Shown in pieces: positions 48,579 through 59,549 of a stretch of 64,000 nt of DNA; position 1 is the first letter of the stretch, and each line of letters opens with the position of its first letter. The position numbers and the translations under genes were made by a program. The DNA lies in assembly GCA_934875375.1 (NCBI GenBank), contig CAKXHL010000002.1, forward strand, positions 1,330 to 65,329, in the 5' to 3' direction. The DNA comes from an uncultured bacterium (GTDB lineage: Bacteria; Bacillota; Clostridia; Oscillospirales; Ruminococcaceae). Under the pieces are notes generated by a model. It saw only the letters and a list, made by a program, of their open reading frames with translations. It searched no databases and was not told where the DNA came from.

Positions 48579-49730
48579 GTGAAAAAAAGCATCTCTTTTT
48601 TCTGTGTTCTGTTCCTGATTCCCCTTTTCGTTTTGTCCTGTGTACCGGCCTTTGCCGCCGAGCCGGACGGACAAATCACAGTTCGTGCCCGGGTGGAAGA
48701 GGTCGTGTCCGATGAGATGGCTTCCACCTCTTATTCCGGGGGTGAAATTACAACCCGGGTGCTGACGCTCCGGGTACGCGTCCTGGAGGGCGCTTTTGAA
48801 GGGCAGACAGCCTTGATCCGGCAGGTTTTCGATGAAATCAGCCTTCCGTCCGCCTACCCCGCCAAAGCGGGGGACCTTCTTTTTGTCACGCTGGAACTGG
48901 ATGAACAGAATTTGCTGGTCGGCAATGCCGCCGATTATGTCCGGGATCTTCCCCTCGCCTTACTGGGCGGCGGCTTTCTTCTTTTTCTGATTCTGTTCGG
49001 CCGCCAAAAAGGGGTCAAGACTGTGCTTTCCCTAGCTGTTACCTGCCTTGTGGTGTTTGGATTGTTTTTCCCGCTGGCGGTGCGGGGAATCAATCCGGTA
49101 TGGCTGTCTTTATTGTGTGCGGCGCTAATGACCGGGTTCACCCTGTTTTTGGTCTGCGGTTTTACCCGCAAAGCCTGCTCTGCCATTCTGGGCTGCCTGG
49201 GCGGATTGTCCGTCGCGGGCATTTTGGCTGCGGTCTTTTCCTACGCGATGCGCCTTTCCGGAATCGTAGATGAAGAAGCGGCGTTTTTGCGTTTTATCTC
49301 CGACGAATTTGTACTGGATTTCAAAGGCCTTTTATTTGCCGCCATCATCATCGGCGCTTCCGGCGCGGCCATGGATGTGGCGGTATCCATCGCTTCTTCC
49401 TTGGACGAGCTAGCCCAAAAGGCCCCGGACCTCTCTGCCCGCCAGCTGTTCTCCAGTGGGGTTGTCATCGGCCGGGACATTATGGGCACCATGTCCAACA
49501 CGCTGATTTTGGCCTACGTCGGCGGCGCAATCCACTTGATCTTGCTGCTGTACGCCTATCCGGTTCCCTTTTCCCATCTCATCAACCGGGAAACCGTGGC
49601 GGCAGAAATCCTCATTGCGCTGTGCGGCAGCATGGGAATGCTCAGCGCCATCCCGCTCACCGCCTTGATCTCGTCCTTGCTGCACCACCGCGCCGTACCG
49701 CCCATTTCTCCGGGCAAATCCCCTGAATAA
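48579..49730 (+). CDS. YibE/F-family polytopic membrane protein
   Basis: GTG start after GGAGGCC. Signal/TM then an extracytoplasmic beta region then ~7 TM; typical YibE/F topology. Confidence 0.55.
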   Translation: MKKSISFFCVLFLIPLFVLSCVPAFAAEPDGQITVRARVEEVVSDEMASTSYSGGEITTRVLTLRVRVLEGAFEGQTALIRQVFDEISLPSAYPAKAGDLLFVTLELDEQNLLVGNAADYVRDLPLALLGGGFLLFLILFGRQKGVKTVLSLAVTCLVVFGLFFPLAVRGINPVWLSLLCAALMTGFTLFLVCGFTRKACSAILGCLGGLSVAGILAAVFSYAMRLSGIVDEEAAFLRFISDEFVLDFKGLLFAAIIIGASGAAMDVAVSIASSLDELAQKAPDLSARQLFSSGVVIGRDIMGTMSNTLILAYVGGAIHLILLLYAYPVPFSHLINRETVAAEILIALCGSMGMLSAIPLTALISSLLHHRAVPPISPGKSPE

Positions 49731-49867
49731 AAGCCTTTTCTCCTGCTGATTTTGACCAAAACGCCAATTCTTTTTTTTCACCGGAAAAAGAACGGCGTTT
49801 GGGTTGTTTTTAAAAGGTTGGGTTGATATAATAAATCCCAAAGTGAACCCAAAAACAGGAAGAAGAG

Positions 49868-50905
49868 GTGTATTTTTTGGAACAGAAACTCACCCAAAAC
49901 AAAACAGCATCGGCATTCTTAAAAAAAGCCTTCCAGCGCTATTTTATCGACGCTATGGGAGCGATGGCACTGGGGCTTTTCTCTTCGCTGATCATCGGGC
50001 TGATCCTCTCCCAGCTGAGTAAATTTTCTTTTCTGGGATTTTTGGAGCCCTATGCGGCTATGGTCAGCGCTTCCTCACCGGTGGTCGGCGCCGCCATCGG
50101 CGTTGCCATTGCCCAAGGCCTTAAGTCAAAACCGCTGGTTCTTTTCTCCTGCGCGGTATCCGGCGCATACGGCTATGCGGTAGGCGGACCGGTAGGCGCA
50201 TACATCGGCGCTGTGTTCGGCGCGGAGATCGGCGGGCTGGTCGCCGGCAAAACCAAGGTAGATATTATTGTCAGTCCCATCACCACTATCGTCAGCGGCT
50301 GCGCCGTCGCCCAGCTGGTAGGCCCTGGCATCCAGGCCATGATGAACGGTCTGGGCGCTGTCATCAATTCCGCCACCCAACTCACCCCTTTTCCCATGGG
50401 TATTCTGGTTTCGGTCATCGTCGGCATGGTGCTCACCGCACCGATCAGTTCAGCGGCCTTATGTATTATGCTGGATCTCAACGGGCTGGCCGCCGGCGCG
50501 GCAGTCATGGGCTGCTGCTGTCAGATGGTGGGCTTTGCCGTAGCCAGCTTCCGGGAAAACGGCTGGGGCGGTCTGATCAGCCAGGGCATCGGTACTTCTA
50601 TGCTGCAGTTTTCCAATATTATGCGCCATCCGCAGATCTGGATTGCACCCACATTGGCCTCAGCAGTGCTGGGTCCCGTTTCCACCTGCCTGTTTCGAAT
50701 GACCAATACCGCCTCCGGCGCCGGTATGGGCACCAGCGGATTGGTTGGCCAGTTCGGCGCGTTTGCTGCGATGGGCGGCGGAGCCGAAGTTTGGTTCCAG
50801 GTGATTTTGATGCACTTTGTCCTGCCCGCCGTTCTGAGTTTTTTGTTCGATTGGTGTTTGCGCAAAATCGGCTGGGTCAAAGACGGTTATATGAAAATCA
50901 GCTAA
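49868..50905 (+). CDS. Glycine-rich polytopic membrane protein, PTS_EIIC_2-like (lone EIIC homologue)
   Basis: 345 aa, YFIDAMGAMALGLFSSLIIGLIL... and repeated Gly-rich helices. Family assignment from memory only. Confidence 0.35.
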   Translation: MYFLEQKLTQNKTASAFLKKAFQRYFIDAMGAMALGLFSSLIIGLILSQLSKFSFLGFLEPYAAMVSASSPVVGAAIGVAIAQGLKSKPLVLFSCAVSGAYGYAVGGPVGAYIGAVFGAEIGGLVAGKTKVDIIVSPITTIVSGCAVAQLVGPGIQAMMNGLGAVINSATQLTPFPMGILVSVIVGMVLTAPISSAALCIMLDLNGLAAGAAVMGCCCQMVGFAVASFRENGWGGLISQGIGTSMLQFSNIMRHPQIWIAPTLASAVLGPVSTCLFRMTNTASGAGMGTSGLVGQFGAFAAMGGGAEVWFQVILMHFVLPAVLSFLFDWCLRKIGWVKDGYMKIS

Positions 50906-50924
50906 TTTTCCTGTCGGCGCAATG

Positions 50925-50980
50925 AAAAAAAGGAAAGTAAAAAGCATACCTGCTTTTTACTTTCCTTTTTCTTTTTCTTT
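50925..50980. terminator. Bidirectional terminator between the EIIC-like gene and tsaD
   Basis: aggaaagtaaaaagca-tacc-tgctttttactttcct flanked by A6 and T-rich runs. Confidence 0.85.
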
Positions 50981-50983
50981 TTG

Positions 50984-52003
50984 CTATTCGCCCCAGTCCG
51001 CGTCAATCGGCAGGCTGGCGATTCCATTGAGATCCAACCCCGCCGTGTGCCCGGACAAAAACTCATAGTATCCTTGGGAACCGATCATGGCAGCGTTGTC
51101 CCCACATAGGGACAGAGGCGGCTGATACAAGGTGTAACCCCGCCTTTTGCATGCATCCTCCATTTTTTCCCGCAGCCCGGAATTGGCCGACACCCCGCCG
51201 GCGATGACCAGCTTTCGGTATCCGAACTGCTCTGCCGCCGCCAGAAAGCGGCTGGACAAAATCTCCACCACCGCCTGCTGGAAAGACGCAGCCAAATGGT
51301 TTACCTCCACCGTTTCGCCCTTTTGCGAGGCGTTGTGTAAAAGATTCACCACCGCTGTCTTTAATCCGGAAAAGCTGAAATCGTAAGGGCTGCCCTCCAC
51401 TTTCGGGCGGGGCAGCTTGTAGGCCGACGGGTCGCCCTGCCGGGCCGCTTGATCCAAAAACACGCCGCCGGGATAGGAAAATCCCATGGCGCGGGCCGCC
51501 TTGTCAAAAGCCTCGCCCGCTGCATCGTCCCGGGTGCGCCCGACGATGTGGAATTTTGTGTAGTCCAGCACCTCGATCAAGTGGCTGTGCCCGCCGGATA
51601 CCACCAAGCACAGAAACGGCGGCTCCAATTCCGGATGGGCCAAGTAGTTGGCCGCAATGTGGCCCCGGATATGATGAACCGGAATCAGCGGCTTTTTGGT
51701 AGCCATTGCCAGCCCTTTGGCAAAATTGACCCCCACCAGCACCGCACCAATCAGCCCCGGCGCATAGGTGACCGCAATGCCGTCAATCCCCTCCAGGCAA
51801 ACCGAAGCGTCGTCCAACGCTTTTTGGGTTACAGCGATGATATTCTCCGTATGCCGACGGGAGGCAATTTCCGGTACCACGCCGCCGTATTGCCGATGCT
51901 CCTCCACCTGGGAGTTGATCACCGACGACAGCACGCGCCGGCCGTTCTCCACCACAGCGGCGGCGGTCTCGTCACAGGACGATTCGATGGCAAGCAGTTT
52001 CAT
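50984..52003 (-). CDS. tsaD: tRNA N6-adenosine threonylcarbamoyltransferase
   Basis: MKLLAIESSCDETAAAVVENGR...HIAANYL is the Kae1/TsaD signature. ATGA overlap with rimI. Confidence 0.9.
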   Translation of the reverse strand: MKLLAIESSCDETAAAVVENGRRVLSSVINSQVEEHRQYGGVVPEIASRRHTENIIAVTQKALDDASVCLEGIDGIAVTYAPGLIGAVLVGVNFAKGLAMATKKPLIPVHHIRGHIAANYLAHPELEPPFLCLVVSGGHSHLIEVLDYTKFHIVGRTRDDAAGEAFDKAARAMGFSYPGGVFLDQAARQGDPSAYKLPRPKVEGSPYDFSFSGLKTAVVNLLHNASQKGETVEVNHLAASFQQAVVEILSSRFLAAAEQFGYRKLVIAGGVSANSGLREKMEDACKRRGYTLYQPPLSLCGDNAAMIGSQGYYEFLSGHTAGLDLNGIASLPIDADWGE

Positions 52004-52464
52004 TTCTGGCTTTCCTCCTCTGTCAGCTTCCGTGTCATTAAAATAGCGTTCTCCACAGGGTCCCGGTAATAATTTTTCCGCACTCCGGCAGGGCAAAACC
52101 CGTGCCTGCGGTACAGCGCCTGTGCGCCCAGATTGCTTTGGCGCACCTCCAGCGTTAAAAAGGCAAGGCCGGCCTGACGGGCAAAATCCGCCGCGTCATC
52201 CAACAGCGCTGACCCGATTCCCTGCCGCCGGAACAGCGGATCCACCGCAATGTTGGCAATATAACCTTCATCCAGCACGTAATGCAGTCCCAGGTAGCCC
52301 AGCACCGTTCCGGCGCCGTCCTGCGCCACCGTAAACCGCGCGCCGGGATTATCCAGTTCTGCCCGGAAGGCGTTTTCGCTCCAGGGATCGGAAAAGCAGA
52401 TGCGCTCCAGCGCCGCCAGCGTCAGCAGGTGCTTTTCTTTCATGGGAATCAGCTGGTACTCCAT
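52000..52464 (-). CDS. rimI: Ribosomal-protein-alanine N-acetyltransferase
   Basis: GNAT core (QGIGSALLDDAADFARQAGLAFLTLEVRQSNLGAQALYRRHGF). Canonical position upstream of tsaD. Confidence 0.8.
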   Translation of the reverse strand: MEYQLIPMKEKHLLTLAALERICFSDPWSENAFRAELDNPGARFTVAQDGAGTVLGYLGLHYVLDEGYIANIAVDPLFRRQGIGSALLDDAADFARQAGLAFLTLEVRQSNLGAQALYRRHGFCPAGVRKNYYRDPVENAILMTRKLTEEESQK

Positions 52465-52475
52465 CGTAAGCCCCC

Positions 52476-55037
52476 CTATTTCGCATCATACCAGCTGATG
52501 CCGACACCGCAGTCCACGCTCAACGGCACTTTCAGCTGTACGGCGTTTTCCATTTCCTGACGAAGCAGAATTTTCGCCGCTTCCACATCCTTTTCCGCCG
52601 CCTCGATGATCAGTTCGTCATGTACCTGCAAAATAATGCGGGCGTCCAGCTTTTCCTTTTCCAGCCGCCGGGCAGCCTTTACCATGGCGATTTTGATGAT
52701 ATCCGCCGCCGTGCCCTGAATCGGCGTGTTCATAGCCACCCGCTTTCCAAACGCCTGCAGGTTTTTGTTGGAGGCCGCCAGCTCCGGCAGATACCGCCGC
52801 CGGTGGAACATGGTTTCCACATAGCCGTGCTCCTTGCCAAAGGCCACAATATCGTCCATATACCGCTTCACACCCGAATAGGTGCGCAAATAATCCTGAA
52901 TGTACCGGTCTGCTTCCGCCACCGAAACGCCGATGTCCCTTGCCAGCGAAAAGGCACCAATGCCGTATACAATGCCAAAGTTCACCGCCTTAGCCCGGGA
53001 ACGCATCAGCGGCGTGACAAACATCGGCGGCTGGTCAAACACCTGGGAGGCGGTGACCGTATGGATGTCGGTGCCGTCTAAAAACGCCTGCTGCATGGTC
53101 TTGTCGTCCGCCACATGGGACAGCACCCGCAGCTCGATCTGGGAGTAGTCCGCGTCTACCAGCAGATACCCCGGCCGCGCTTTGAAAAACCTGCGAAGAT
53201 TGCTGCCCAGCTCGGTCCGCACCGGGATGTTCTGCATATTCGGCTCCGTAGAGCTGATGCGGCCAGTTCGTGTCTCCGTTTGATTAAAGGAAGAATGGAT
53301 GCGCCCATCCTCCCCAATCAGCTTCATAAATCCGTCCACATAAGTGGATTTGAGCTTGGTTACGGTGCGGTAATCCAAAATCAGCGGGACAATGGGGTGT
53401 TTATCTTTGAGGTAATCCAACACGTCCGCATTGGTGGAATATCCGGTCTTGGTCTTTTTGCCCGCCGGCAGCCCCAGCTTGTCAAATAAAATGCTTCCCA
53501 GCTGCTTGGGAGAGGCAATGTTAAATTCTTCGCCTGCCAGCTGATAAATTTCCGATTCCAGCAGGTCAATCCGTTTGGCCATTTCCTCTCCGAACGCCAC
53601 CAGTTCGTCCCGGTCAATGCCGAATCCGTCTTTTTCCATCTGAAACAGTACCCTCGCCAGCGGGATCTCCACCTGCTGCAGCAAATACTCCTGCTGGTTT
53701 TGGGCCAATTCTTTTTCCATCGGCTCGTATACCGCCATGAGCCGCGCCAGCCGTTCTAGTGGGATTTCATACCCCGGCACCTGGGGCAGCGACCAATTCT
53801 TCGCCCCATAGGCGGCGCTGAGCCGCTCCAGATCATAGCCGCTGGCCGTTGGATTTAACAGATATCCCGCCAGCGCCGCGTCAAACGAAATGCCGACCGG
53901 TTCCATTCCCCATTCCAAACCCTGCCGGTACAGCTGCTTAGAATCCGTCACCGCTTTTGCGGCACCGCTTTTTAAGACCCGCTCCAGCACCGCCTGCTCT
54001 TTTGCGGAAAAACAGGCGGCTTTTTTTCCGTCAGACAGGGCAAAATGAGTCCATTCGTCATCCCAGCACAAAAACAGCGGCTCTCCTGCGGCGAGAACCT
54101 CCTCCACCGGCGCGGATGCTACCGCCAGGCAGTCCTCTTCCCGGCCGGGCAGGATTTTTTTCTCGTCGGGATGCAGTCCCAGACGGGTAATCATAGAAAA
54201 CATCTCCAGCTGATTGAGTGTTTTCACCGCTTTTTCCTCGTCCGGCTGCCGCATCAAATAGGCGTCCATCTTGGTTGGCACCGGCGCGTCCAGCCGGATA
54301 CGTGCCAAATCCCGGCTCATATAGGCAGTCTCCCGGTCCTTCTCCAATTTCTGCCGTACCGCGGGGCGGATGGCCGGATCATCCAGATGGGCATACAGAT
54401 TGTCTAAATCATGGAAATCACGAATCAGGGCCAGCGCTGTTTTTTCTCCAATGCCCGCTACTCCCGGAATGTTGTCCGAACTGTCCCCCATCAGCGCCTT
54501 TACATCAATCAGCTGCTCGGGCAGAACCGTGTATTTTTCCAAAATGGCCGCCACATCGTACAGCGTGGATTCCGGCCGTCCCATTTTGGTGGTAGCCAGC
54601 CGCACCTGCACCTGCTCTGTGACCAGCTGCAATGCGTCCCGGTCGCCGGTGGCGATCACGCACTGCCCGCCCTGCTGCTGACAGGCGCGGCTGAGGGTGC
54701 CGAGGATATCGTCCGCCTCATACCCTTCGCACTCCACCACCGCATAGCCCAAGTCCGCCAGCAATTCCTTGAGCACCGGAAGCTGCCCCGCCAGCTCCGG
54801 CGGCATGCCCTTTCGCCCGGCTTTGTAGCCGTCGAATTGCTGATGCCGGAAAGTGGGCCCCTTTTTGTCAAAAGCCACCGCCACCCGGTCCGGCGCGGTC
54901 TCCTCCAGCACCCTGAGCAAAATACTCAAAAAGCCATAGATGCCGTTGGTGTAAATTCCTCCCTTGGTCGTCAAAAGCTTTATCCCGTAAAAAGCGCGGT
55001 TTAATACGGAGTTTCCGTCAATCGTCAAAAGTTTCAT
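52476..55037 (-). CDS. polA: DNA polymerase I
   Basis: Start MKLLTIDGNSVLNRAFYG (5'-3' exonuclease domain) with GGAGAGGG RBS. C-terminal pol motifs A/B/C. ~853 aa. Confidence 0.9.
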   Translation of the reverse strand: MKLLTIDGNSVLNRAFYGIKLLTTKGGIYTNGIYGFLSILLRVLEETAPDRVAVAFDKKGPTFRHQQFDGYKAGRKGMPPELAGQLPVLKELLADLGYAVVECEGYEADDILGTLSRACQQQGGQCVIATGDRDALQLVTEQVQVRLATTKMGRPESTLYDVAAILEKYTVLPEQLIDVKALMGDSSDNIPGVAGIGEKTALALIRDFHDLDNLYAHLDDPAIRPAVRQKLEKDRETAYMSRDLARIRLDAPVPTKMDAYLMRQPDEEKAVKTLNQLEMFSMITRLGLHPDEKKILPGREEDCLAVASAPVEEVLAAGEPLFLCWDDEWTHFALSDGKKAACFSAKEQAVLERVLKSGAAKAVTDSKQLYRQGLEWGMEPVGISFDAALAGYLLNPTASGYDLERLSAAYGAKNWSLPQVPGYEIPLERLARLMAVYEPMEKELAQNQQEYLLQQVEIPLARVLFQMEKDGFGIDRDELVAFGEEMAKRIDLLESEIYQLAGEEFNIASPKQLGSILFDKLGLPAGKKTKTGYSTNADVLDYLKDKHPIVPLILDYRTVTKLKSTYVDGFMKLIGEDGRIHSSFNQTETRTGRISSTEPNMQNIPVRTELGSNLRRFFKARPGYLLVDADYSQIELRVLSHVADDKTMQQAFLDGTDIHTVTASQVFDQPPMFVTPLMRSRAKAVNFGIVYGIGAFSLARDIGVSVAEADRYIQDYLRTYSGVKRYMDDIVAFGKEHGYVETMFHRRRYLPELAASNKNLQAFGKRVAMNTPIQGTAADIIKIAMVKAARRLEKEKLDARIILQVHDELIIEAAEKDVEAAKILLRQEMENAVQLKVPLSVDCGVGISWYDAK

Positions 55038-55472
55038 TGGTTTCCCTCTCCATTTTTCGAAAGGCTCATTGCCTTCGGTATGCAGTTTCATCGGTTTCCC
55101 AGCGCAAAGGCCGGCGCCCGATCTGCGGCAAAGGTACCGGGGATTTTTTTCGATGCAGATGCCCGAACCGCTTTCCCCCGTCATCCGGGCTGCCGCCGCG
55201 GATGCTTGCCAGCTACTTTTCGTATTATACCACAAAACCCTCCGCTTGTAACGACTCCATCCCCTTGCGTGCAATTTTTTTGCCGCCGGGCCCGTTGCGA
55301 AAAAAGCCCTTTTTTGGTATGATGAAAAAAATGGACAGCTCGGGGCCAAAACCGCCGGGCGGCAGAGGGTTCTCCCGCCGCTGCCCAGGCAAACCCAGCC
55401 GCTGCCATCCGGTATCCGCCCAGGCGGGCGCCGGTTTTAATACCAAGCCAAAACAAAGGGGCAAGTTGCCAG

Positions 55473-56462
55473 ATGATCATAAAAATCGGAACTGTTTCCA
55501 TCCCCAAAACCGCAGCCCTGGCTCCGTTGGCCGGCGTGGCCGACCGCGCTTTCCGGGAGATCTGCCGTTCCCTCGGGGCCGCCTATACCGTAGGCGAAAT
55601 GACCAGCTCCAAGGGGCTTACCTATCAAAACAAAAAAACCGCCGATCTGTTAACCCTCGGCCCATCGGAACATCCCGGCGGCATCCAGCTGTTTGGCGAC
55701 GATCCGCTGACTATGGCCCGCGCCGCCGAAATGTCTATGGCCTATGAGCCGGATATCATTGATATCAATATGGGCTGCCCCGCACCGAAAGTGGCGGGCA
55801 ACGGCGGCGGCAGCGCCCTGATGAAAAACCCGGAACTTGCCGGGCGGATCATCCGGGAAGTTTCCCGGGCCGTCCCGGTCCCGGTGACGGTCAAATTCCG
55901 CAAAGGCTGGGACGCCCAGTCGGTCAACGCGGTGGAATTCGCCAAAATGGCGGAGCAAAGCGGCGCTGCGGCGGTGACTGTCCACGGCCGCACCCGTCAG
56001 CAGATGTACGCTCCCAGCGCCGACTGGCAGATTCTCAAGGCGGTGAAAGAAGCCGTTTCCATCCCGGTCATCGGCAACGGCGACGTGGATTCGGCAGAAT
56101 CCGCTGTACGCATGTATGAACAGACCGGCGTGGATTTGGTCATGATCGGGCGGGGCGCTTTGGGCAACCCGTACCTGTTCACCCAAATTGCCCGCTACCT
56201 GACCGACGGCGTCCTGCTGCCTGACCTGCCGCTGTCCCAGCGGCTGGGCTATCTGTTGGAGCAAACCCGGCTGGCCGTAGGCTATAAAGGGGAGTACGTA
56301 GCTTTAAAAGAAGCGCGCAAGCATGCCGCCTGGTATCTCAAGGGGGTCCACGGCGCCGCCCGGCTGCGCGGACGGACCGGCTCGTTAAAAACCCTGTCCG
56401 ATCTGGAAAATCTGATTCAGGACGCATTGGAAGAAGAACAAAAAGCCGCTTTCCCACAGTAG
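55473..56462 (+). CDS. dusB: tRNA dihydrouridine synthase
   Basis: Dus TIM barrel with the catalytic Cys (MGCPAPKV) and the FMN-binding pattern. Confidence 0.85.
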   Translation: MIIKIGTVSIPKTAALAPLAGVADRAFREICRSLGAAYTVGEMTSSKGLTYQNKKTADLLTLGPSEHPGGIQLFGDDPLTMARAAEMSMAYEPDIIDINMGCPAPKVAGNGGGSALMKNPELAGRIIREVSRAVPVPVTVKFRKGWDAQSVNAVEFAKMAEQSGAAAVTVHGRTRQQMYAPSADWQILKAVKEAVSIPVIGNGDVDSAESAVRMYEQTGVDLVMIGRGALGNPYLFTQIARYLTDGVLLPDLPLSQRLGYLLEQTRLAVGYKGEYVALKEARKHAAWYLKGVHGAARLRGRTGSLKTLSDLENLIQDALEEEQKAAFPQ

Positions 56463-56479
56463 CGGCTTACCATCGGGAG

Positions 56480-57367
56480 GTGCTTTTGATGGCAACTGCA
56501 GTCGTATCCGCACCGGGAAAAATCAATCTGACGCTGGATATCCTCGGCCGCCAGGAGGACGGCTATCACGAAATGGAGATGCTCATGCACGCGGTGAGTT
56601 TAGAAAACACCGTCCGCCTCACCACACTGGATCGGCCGGGTATCCGCCTGAACTGTTCCAATCCAGCCGTGCCCACCGGAGAAAAGAACCTCGCCTACCG
56701 GGCAGCTCAGGCTTTTTTCGCCGCCTGGGGGCACGCGGTCGGGCTGGAAATTCAGGTAGAAAAGCGTGTTCCCATGGAGGCGGGCATGGCCGGTGGCAGT
56801 GCCGATGCCGCCGGCGTACTGGTAGGGCTCAACCATCTGCTGGACGGCGTTTTTTCTCAACAGCAGCTGTGTGAAATCGGCCTTCTGCTGGGGGCCGACG
56901 TTCCTTTTTGCATCCGGGGCGGCGCCGCCTTGGTGCAGGGTATCGGGGAAAAGATCACCCCCCTGCCGCCGCTGGAGCAATGCTGGCTGGTGATTGCCAA
57001 ACCAAATCAGGGCATGAAAACCGCCGGCTGCTTTGCCGCCTATGACGCGCTGGACGCAGTGCGCCATCCGGATACCCGCCGCGCGCTGCAAGCGCTGCAG
57101 GACCAAAATCTTCCCGCATTGGGGAGACTTTTGGAAAATGTGCTGGAACAGGCCGTACCCCTCCCCCAAGTGCAGATATTGCGGGAAAGCATCCTCAAAA
57201 ACGGCGCGCTGGGCAGCCGGATGACCGGCAGCGGCACCGCTGTTTTCGGCCTGTTTTCCAATAAGAACCAGGCGCTGCGCTGCGCCCGGCGGATGTACGG
57301 GTTCGGCGGTTCCTTCTTTCTGGCCCGTCCGGTCGGTTACGGCGCAAAGCTTTTGTCTTTGGAATAG
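56480..57367 (+). CDS. ispE: 4-(cytidine 5'-diphospho)-2-C-methyl-D-erythritol kinase
   Basis: APGKINLTLDILGRQEDGYH...PMEAGMAGGSADAA is the GHMP-kinase IspE signature. Confidence 0.85.
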   Translation: MLLMATAVVSAPGKINLTLDILGRQEDGYHEMEMLMHAVSLENTVRLTTLDRPGIRLNCSNPAVPTGEKNLAYRAAQAFFAAWGHAVGLEIQVEKRVPMEAGMAGGSADAAGVLVGLNHLLDGVFSQQQLCEIGLLLGADVPFCIRGGAALVQGIGEKITPLPPLEQCWLVIAKPNQGMKTAGCFAAYDALDAVRHPDTRRALQALQDQNLPALGRLLENVLEQAVPLPQVQILRESILKNGALGSRMTGSGTAVFGLFSNKNQALRCARRMYGFGGSFFLARPVGYGAKLLSLE

Positions 57368-57449
57368 TCCTTTTTTCAAAATGGTATAAGACTGTAAAAC
57401 CCCGTCCATACTACGCTCAGAAATTGATCGTAAGGACGGGGTTTTACAT

Positions 57450-58064
57450 ATGAGAAAAAAAGAATGGTTTGTACTCATCGCCTGTATTTTCTGTATCGCC
57501 TGCTCTGCTTTGTTCTCTTTTGGGGAAGAATGTTCCTTTATCCGGGAGAACACCCTGCGGCTGCACATTCTGGCCAATTCCGATTCACCGGCCGACCAGG
57601 CCCTGAAACTGAAAATCCGGGACGCCGTCCTCTCTTGCTCGGGAGAACTTTTTTCCGGCTGCGATACCCGCCAGAAGATGATCAGCGCCGCCCAAGAACA
57701 GCTTCCAAAGATTCAGCAGGTTGCCGAGCAGACCGCGCTGCACAATGGATACGAGCTGCCGGTCACCGCGTCGGTCACCGACATGTTTTTCGAAACCCGC
57801 CGTTATGATCATGTGATTCTGCCCGCCGGGACCTATACAGCGGTGCGCATTGAATTAGGGGCAGCGGCGGGAAAAAACTGGTGGTGCGTGCTTTATCCGC
57901 CTTTGTGCGTCAGCGCAGCGCAGACCGGTTTTACCGAGGAGGAGGCGCAGATCAGCGACAGTCTTCTTCAGCAGGACGCGCTCCCCCACTATCGGGCGCG
58001 CCTTGCGGTAGTGGAATGGTGGGAAACCCTCTGCCGCTGGGCTAAGGAAAAGGGAGCCGATTGA
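57450..58064 (+). CDS. spoIIR: Stage II sporulation protein R
   Basis: Signal/TM then RLHILANSDSPADQALKLKIRDAV..., the conserved SpoIIR block. Confidence 0.75.
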   Translation: MRKKEWFVLIACIFCIACSALFSFGEECSFIRENTLRLHILANSDSPADQALKLKIRDAVLSCSGELFSGCDTRQKMISAAQEQLPKIQQVAEQTALHNGYELPVTASVTDMFFETRRYDHVILPAGTYTAVRIELGAAAGKNWWCVLYPPLCVSAAQTGFTEEEAQISDSLLQQDALPHYRARLAVVEWWETLCRWAKEKGAD

Positions 58065-58088
58065 CAGGCTTTGTAAAGGAGGAGGCAT

Positions 58089-58976
58089 ATGCCCGCGCAG
58101 AATTTTAAAAAACAAAAAACCCGCTTTTTTGTTCTCGCTTTCGCCATGTCTTTTTTTGTTCTGGCCATGATGGGTCTCATTGTGGTATTTGTCTTCAATC
58201 CGGTGGAAGAGGAAAAGCCTTCCAGCCAGATTTCTGCTGATTCGTTCTACCTCCCCCGAGAGGAAGACAACCTCACAATCCTGCTCACCGGACGCGCACC
58301 CCAGGAAAAAGACGCGCTTTTTTTCGCATTGGTCCGTTTGGATATGCTGGGCGGCCGGATTCCTGTTATTCTGTTCCCGCCCCAAACTGCGCTGGATGCT
58401 CAAACCGGATATGCCACCGTGTCTGAGGCTTATCAAAAAGGCGGGGCCAGTGCCGCCGCAAAGGCGCTGAGCGATTCCTTTTCCATCCCGGTGGACCGGT
58501 ACGCCGATGGCGACAGCCAGTCTTTGATCGACGCAGTCAACCGCATCGGCGTTGCGGAATACGAACTAAGCCAAAGCCTTTCCTATAACGAAGACGGCAT
58601 TTTTATCAGTCTTTCTGCCGGCCGTCAGTTGATTGACGGACAAAAATTTCTGGACATCCTGCGTTATCCAAACTATCGGGAAAGCGATCTGGAACAGTGC
58701 CGGGAAGGAGCCAAGCTGATCGCCAGCTATATCAACACCCGCTTTGCCGCTGTTCTAGGCCAAAACGCCGGGGCGCTGGTCAGCGGTCTTCTGAATGTGG
58801 TGGATACCAACCTTTCTTATGTGGATTTTGAATCCCGCCTGCCGGCCCTGACCTTTTTATCCAAGCTCAGCGGCGACCCGGCACAAGCCTATACCTTGAC
58901 CGGCGCGTGGAACAAGGCCGGATTTTTCGTGCCGGACGCCGCTGCCCGCCGCCAGCTGGTCCAGGCCTTCGCCTGA
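58089..58976 (+). CDS. LCP-family (LytR-CpsA-Psr) protein, divergent
   Basis: TM anchor then NLTILLTGR...IPVILFPPQT...YQKGGASAA...DRYADGDSQSLIDAVNRIGV, following the LCP domain pattern with substitutions. Confidence 0.5.
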   Translation: MPAQNFKKQKTRFFVLAFAMSFFVLAMMGLIVVFVFNPVEEEKPSSQISADSFYLPREEDNLTILLTGRAPQEKDALFFALVRLDMLGGRIPVILFPPQTALDAQTGYATVSEAYQKGGASAAAKALSDSFSIPVDRYADGDSQSLIDAVNRIGVAEYELSQSLSYNEDGIFISLSAGRQLIDGQKFLDILRYPNYRESDLEQCREGAKLIASYINTRFAAVLGQNAGALVSGLLNVVDTNLSYVDFESRLPALTFLSKLSGDPAQAYTLTGAWNKAGFFVPDAAARRQLVQAFA

Positions 58977-59549
58977 TCAAAAATTCCTTTTCCGTCGGCA
59001 TACGTCCGATTTTCTGTACCCATAATTTACCCCGCTGATTCTGCCGTAAAATGCTTGTCCGTATCTCCCCGCGTGCACCTTGCCGGCACGTTTTGTTTCC
59101 CCCGGAGCGGCGGGAATTTTCTCCGGACGCCGGCTTTCTGAAGCAAACAAAAATTTCCGTCACAATCCGCTGCTGGCCCGCTTTGGATTCTCCCGAAGCC
59201 AATAGTGCCGGATAACAGCCGCCTTTCCGCCGGCAGCCTTCCCCTTCATTATAAATCCCCCCTGCTTTTTTGGTTCCTTGCAAAAATTGCGCAGAGCCGT
59301 CTGCCCGTCTCAAGGAGAACTGCTGTATCGTATTACCGGAAAGTCCCCAACAGCGTCTTGCCAGTCCGAAAACAGCCAAGCGGCCAGCCTGCCGGACACA
59401 GGCGGGATAGATCGCAAAAAGTGTTGGACCCGCAAGGCTCCATAATCCTTTGTTTTTCTCTTTATCCCCGGCAGACATTTTTGGGGAAATCATTGGGATG
59501 TGGGCCCATTTTCCCCATCTGTTTTCCTGGATTCTCCTCCTTGCGGGAT

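Noticed and set aside
59280-59420. SRP RNA / RNase P RNA in the 59-kb spacer
   Set aside because: Only short fortuitous resemblances (aguccgaaaacagcc, ccggaaagucccc). The conserved helix-8 GGAA tetraloop/AGCAGC context and the RNase P P4 pairing are absent.
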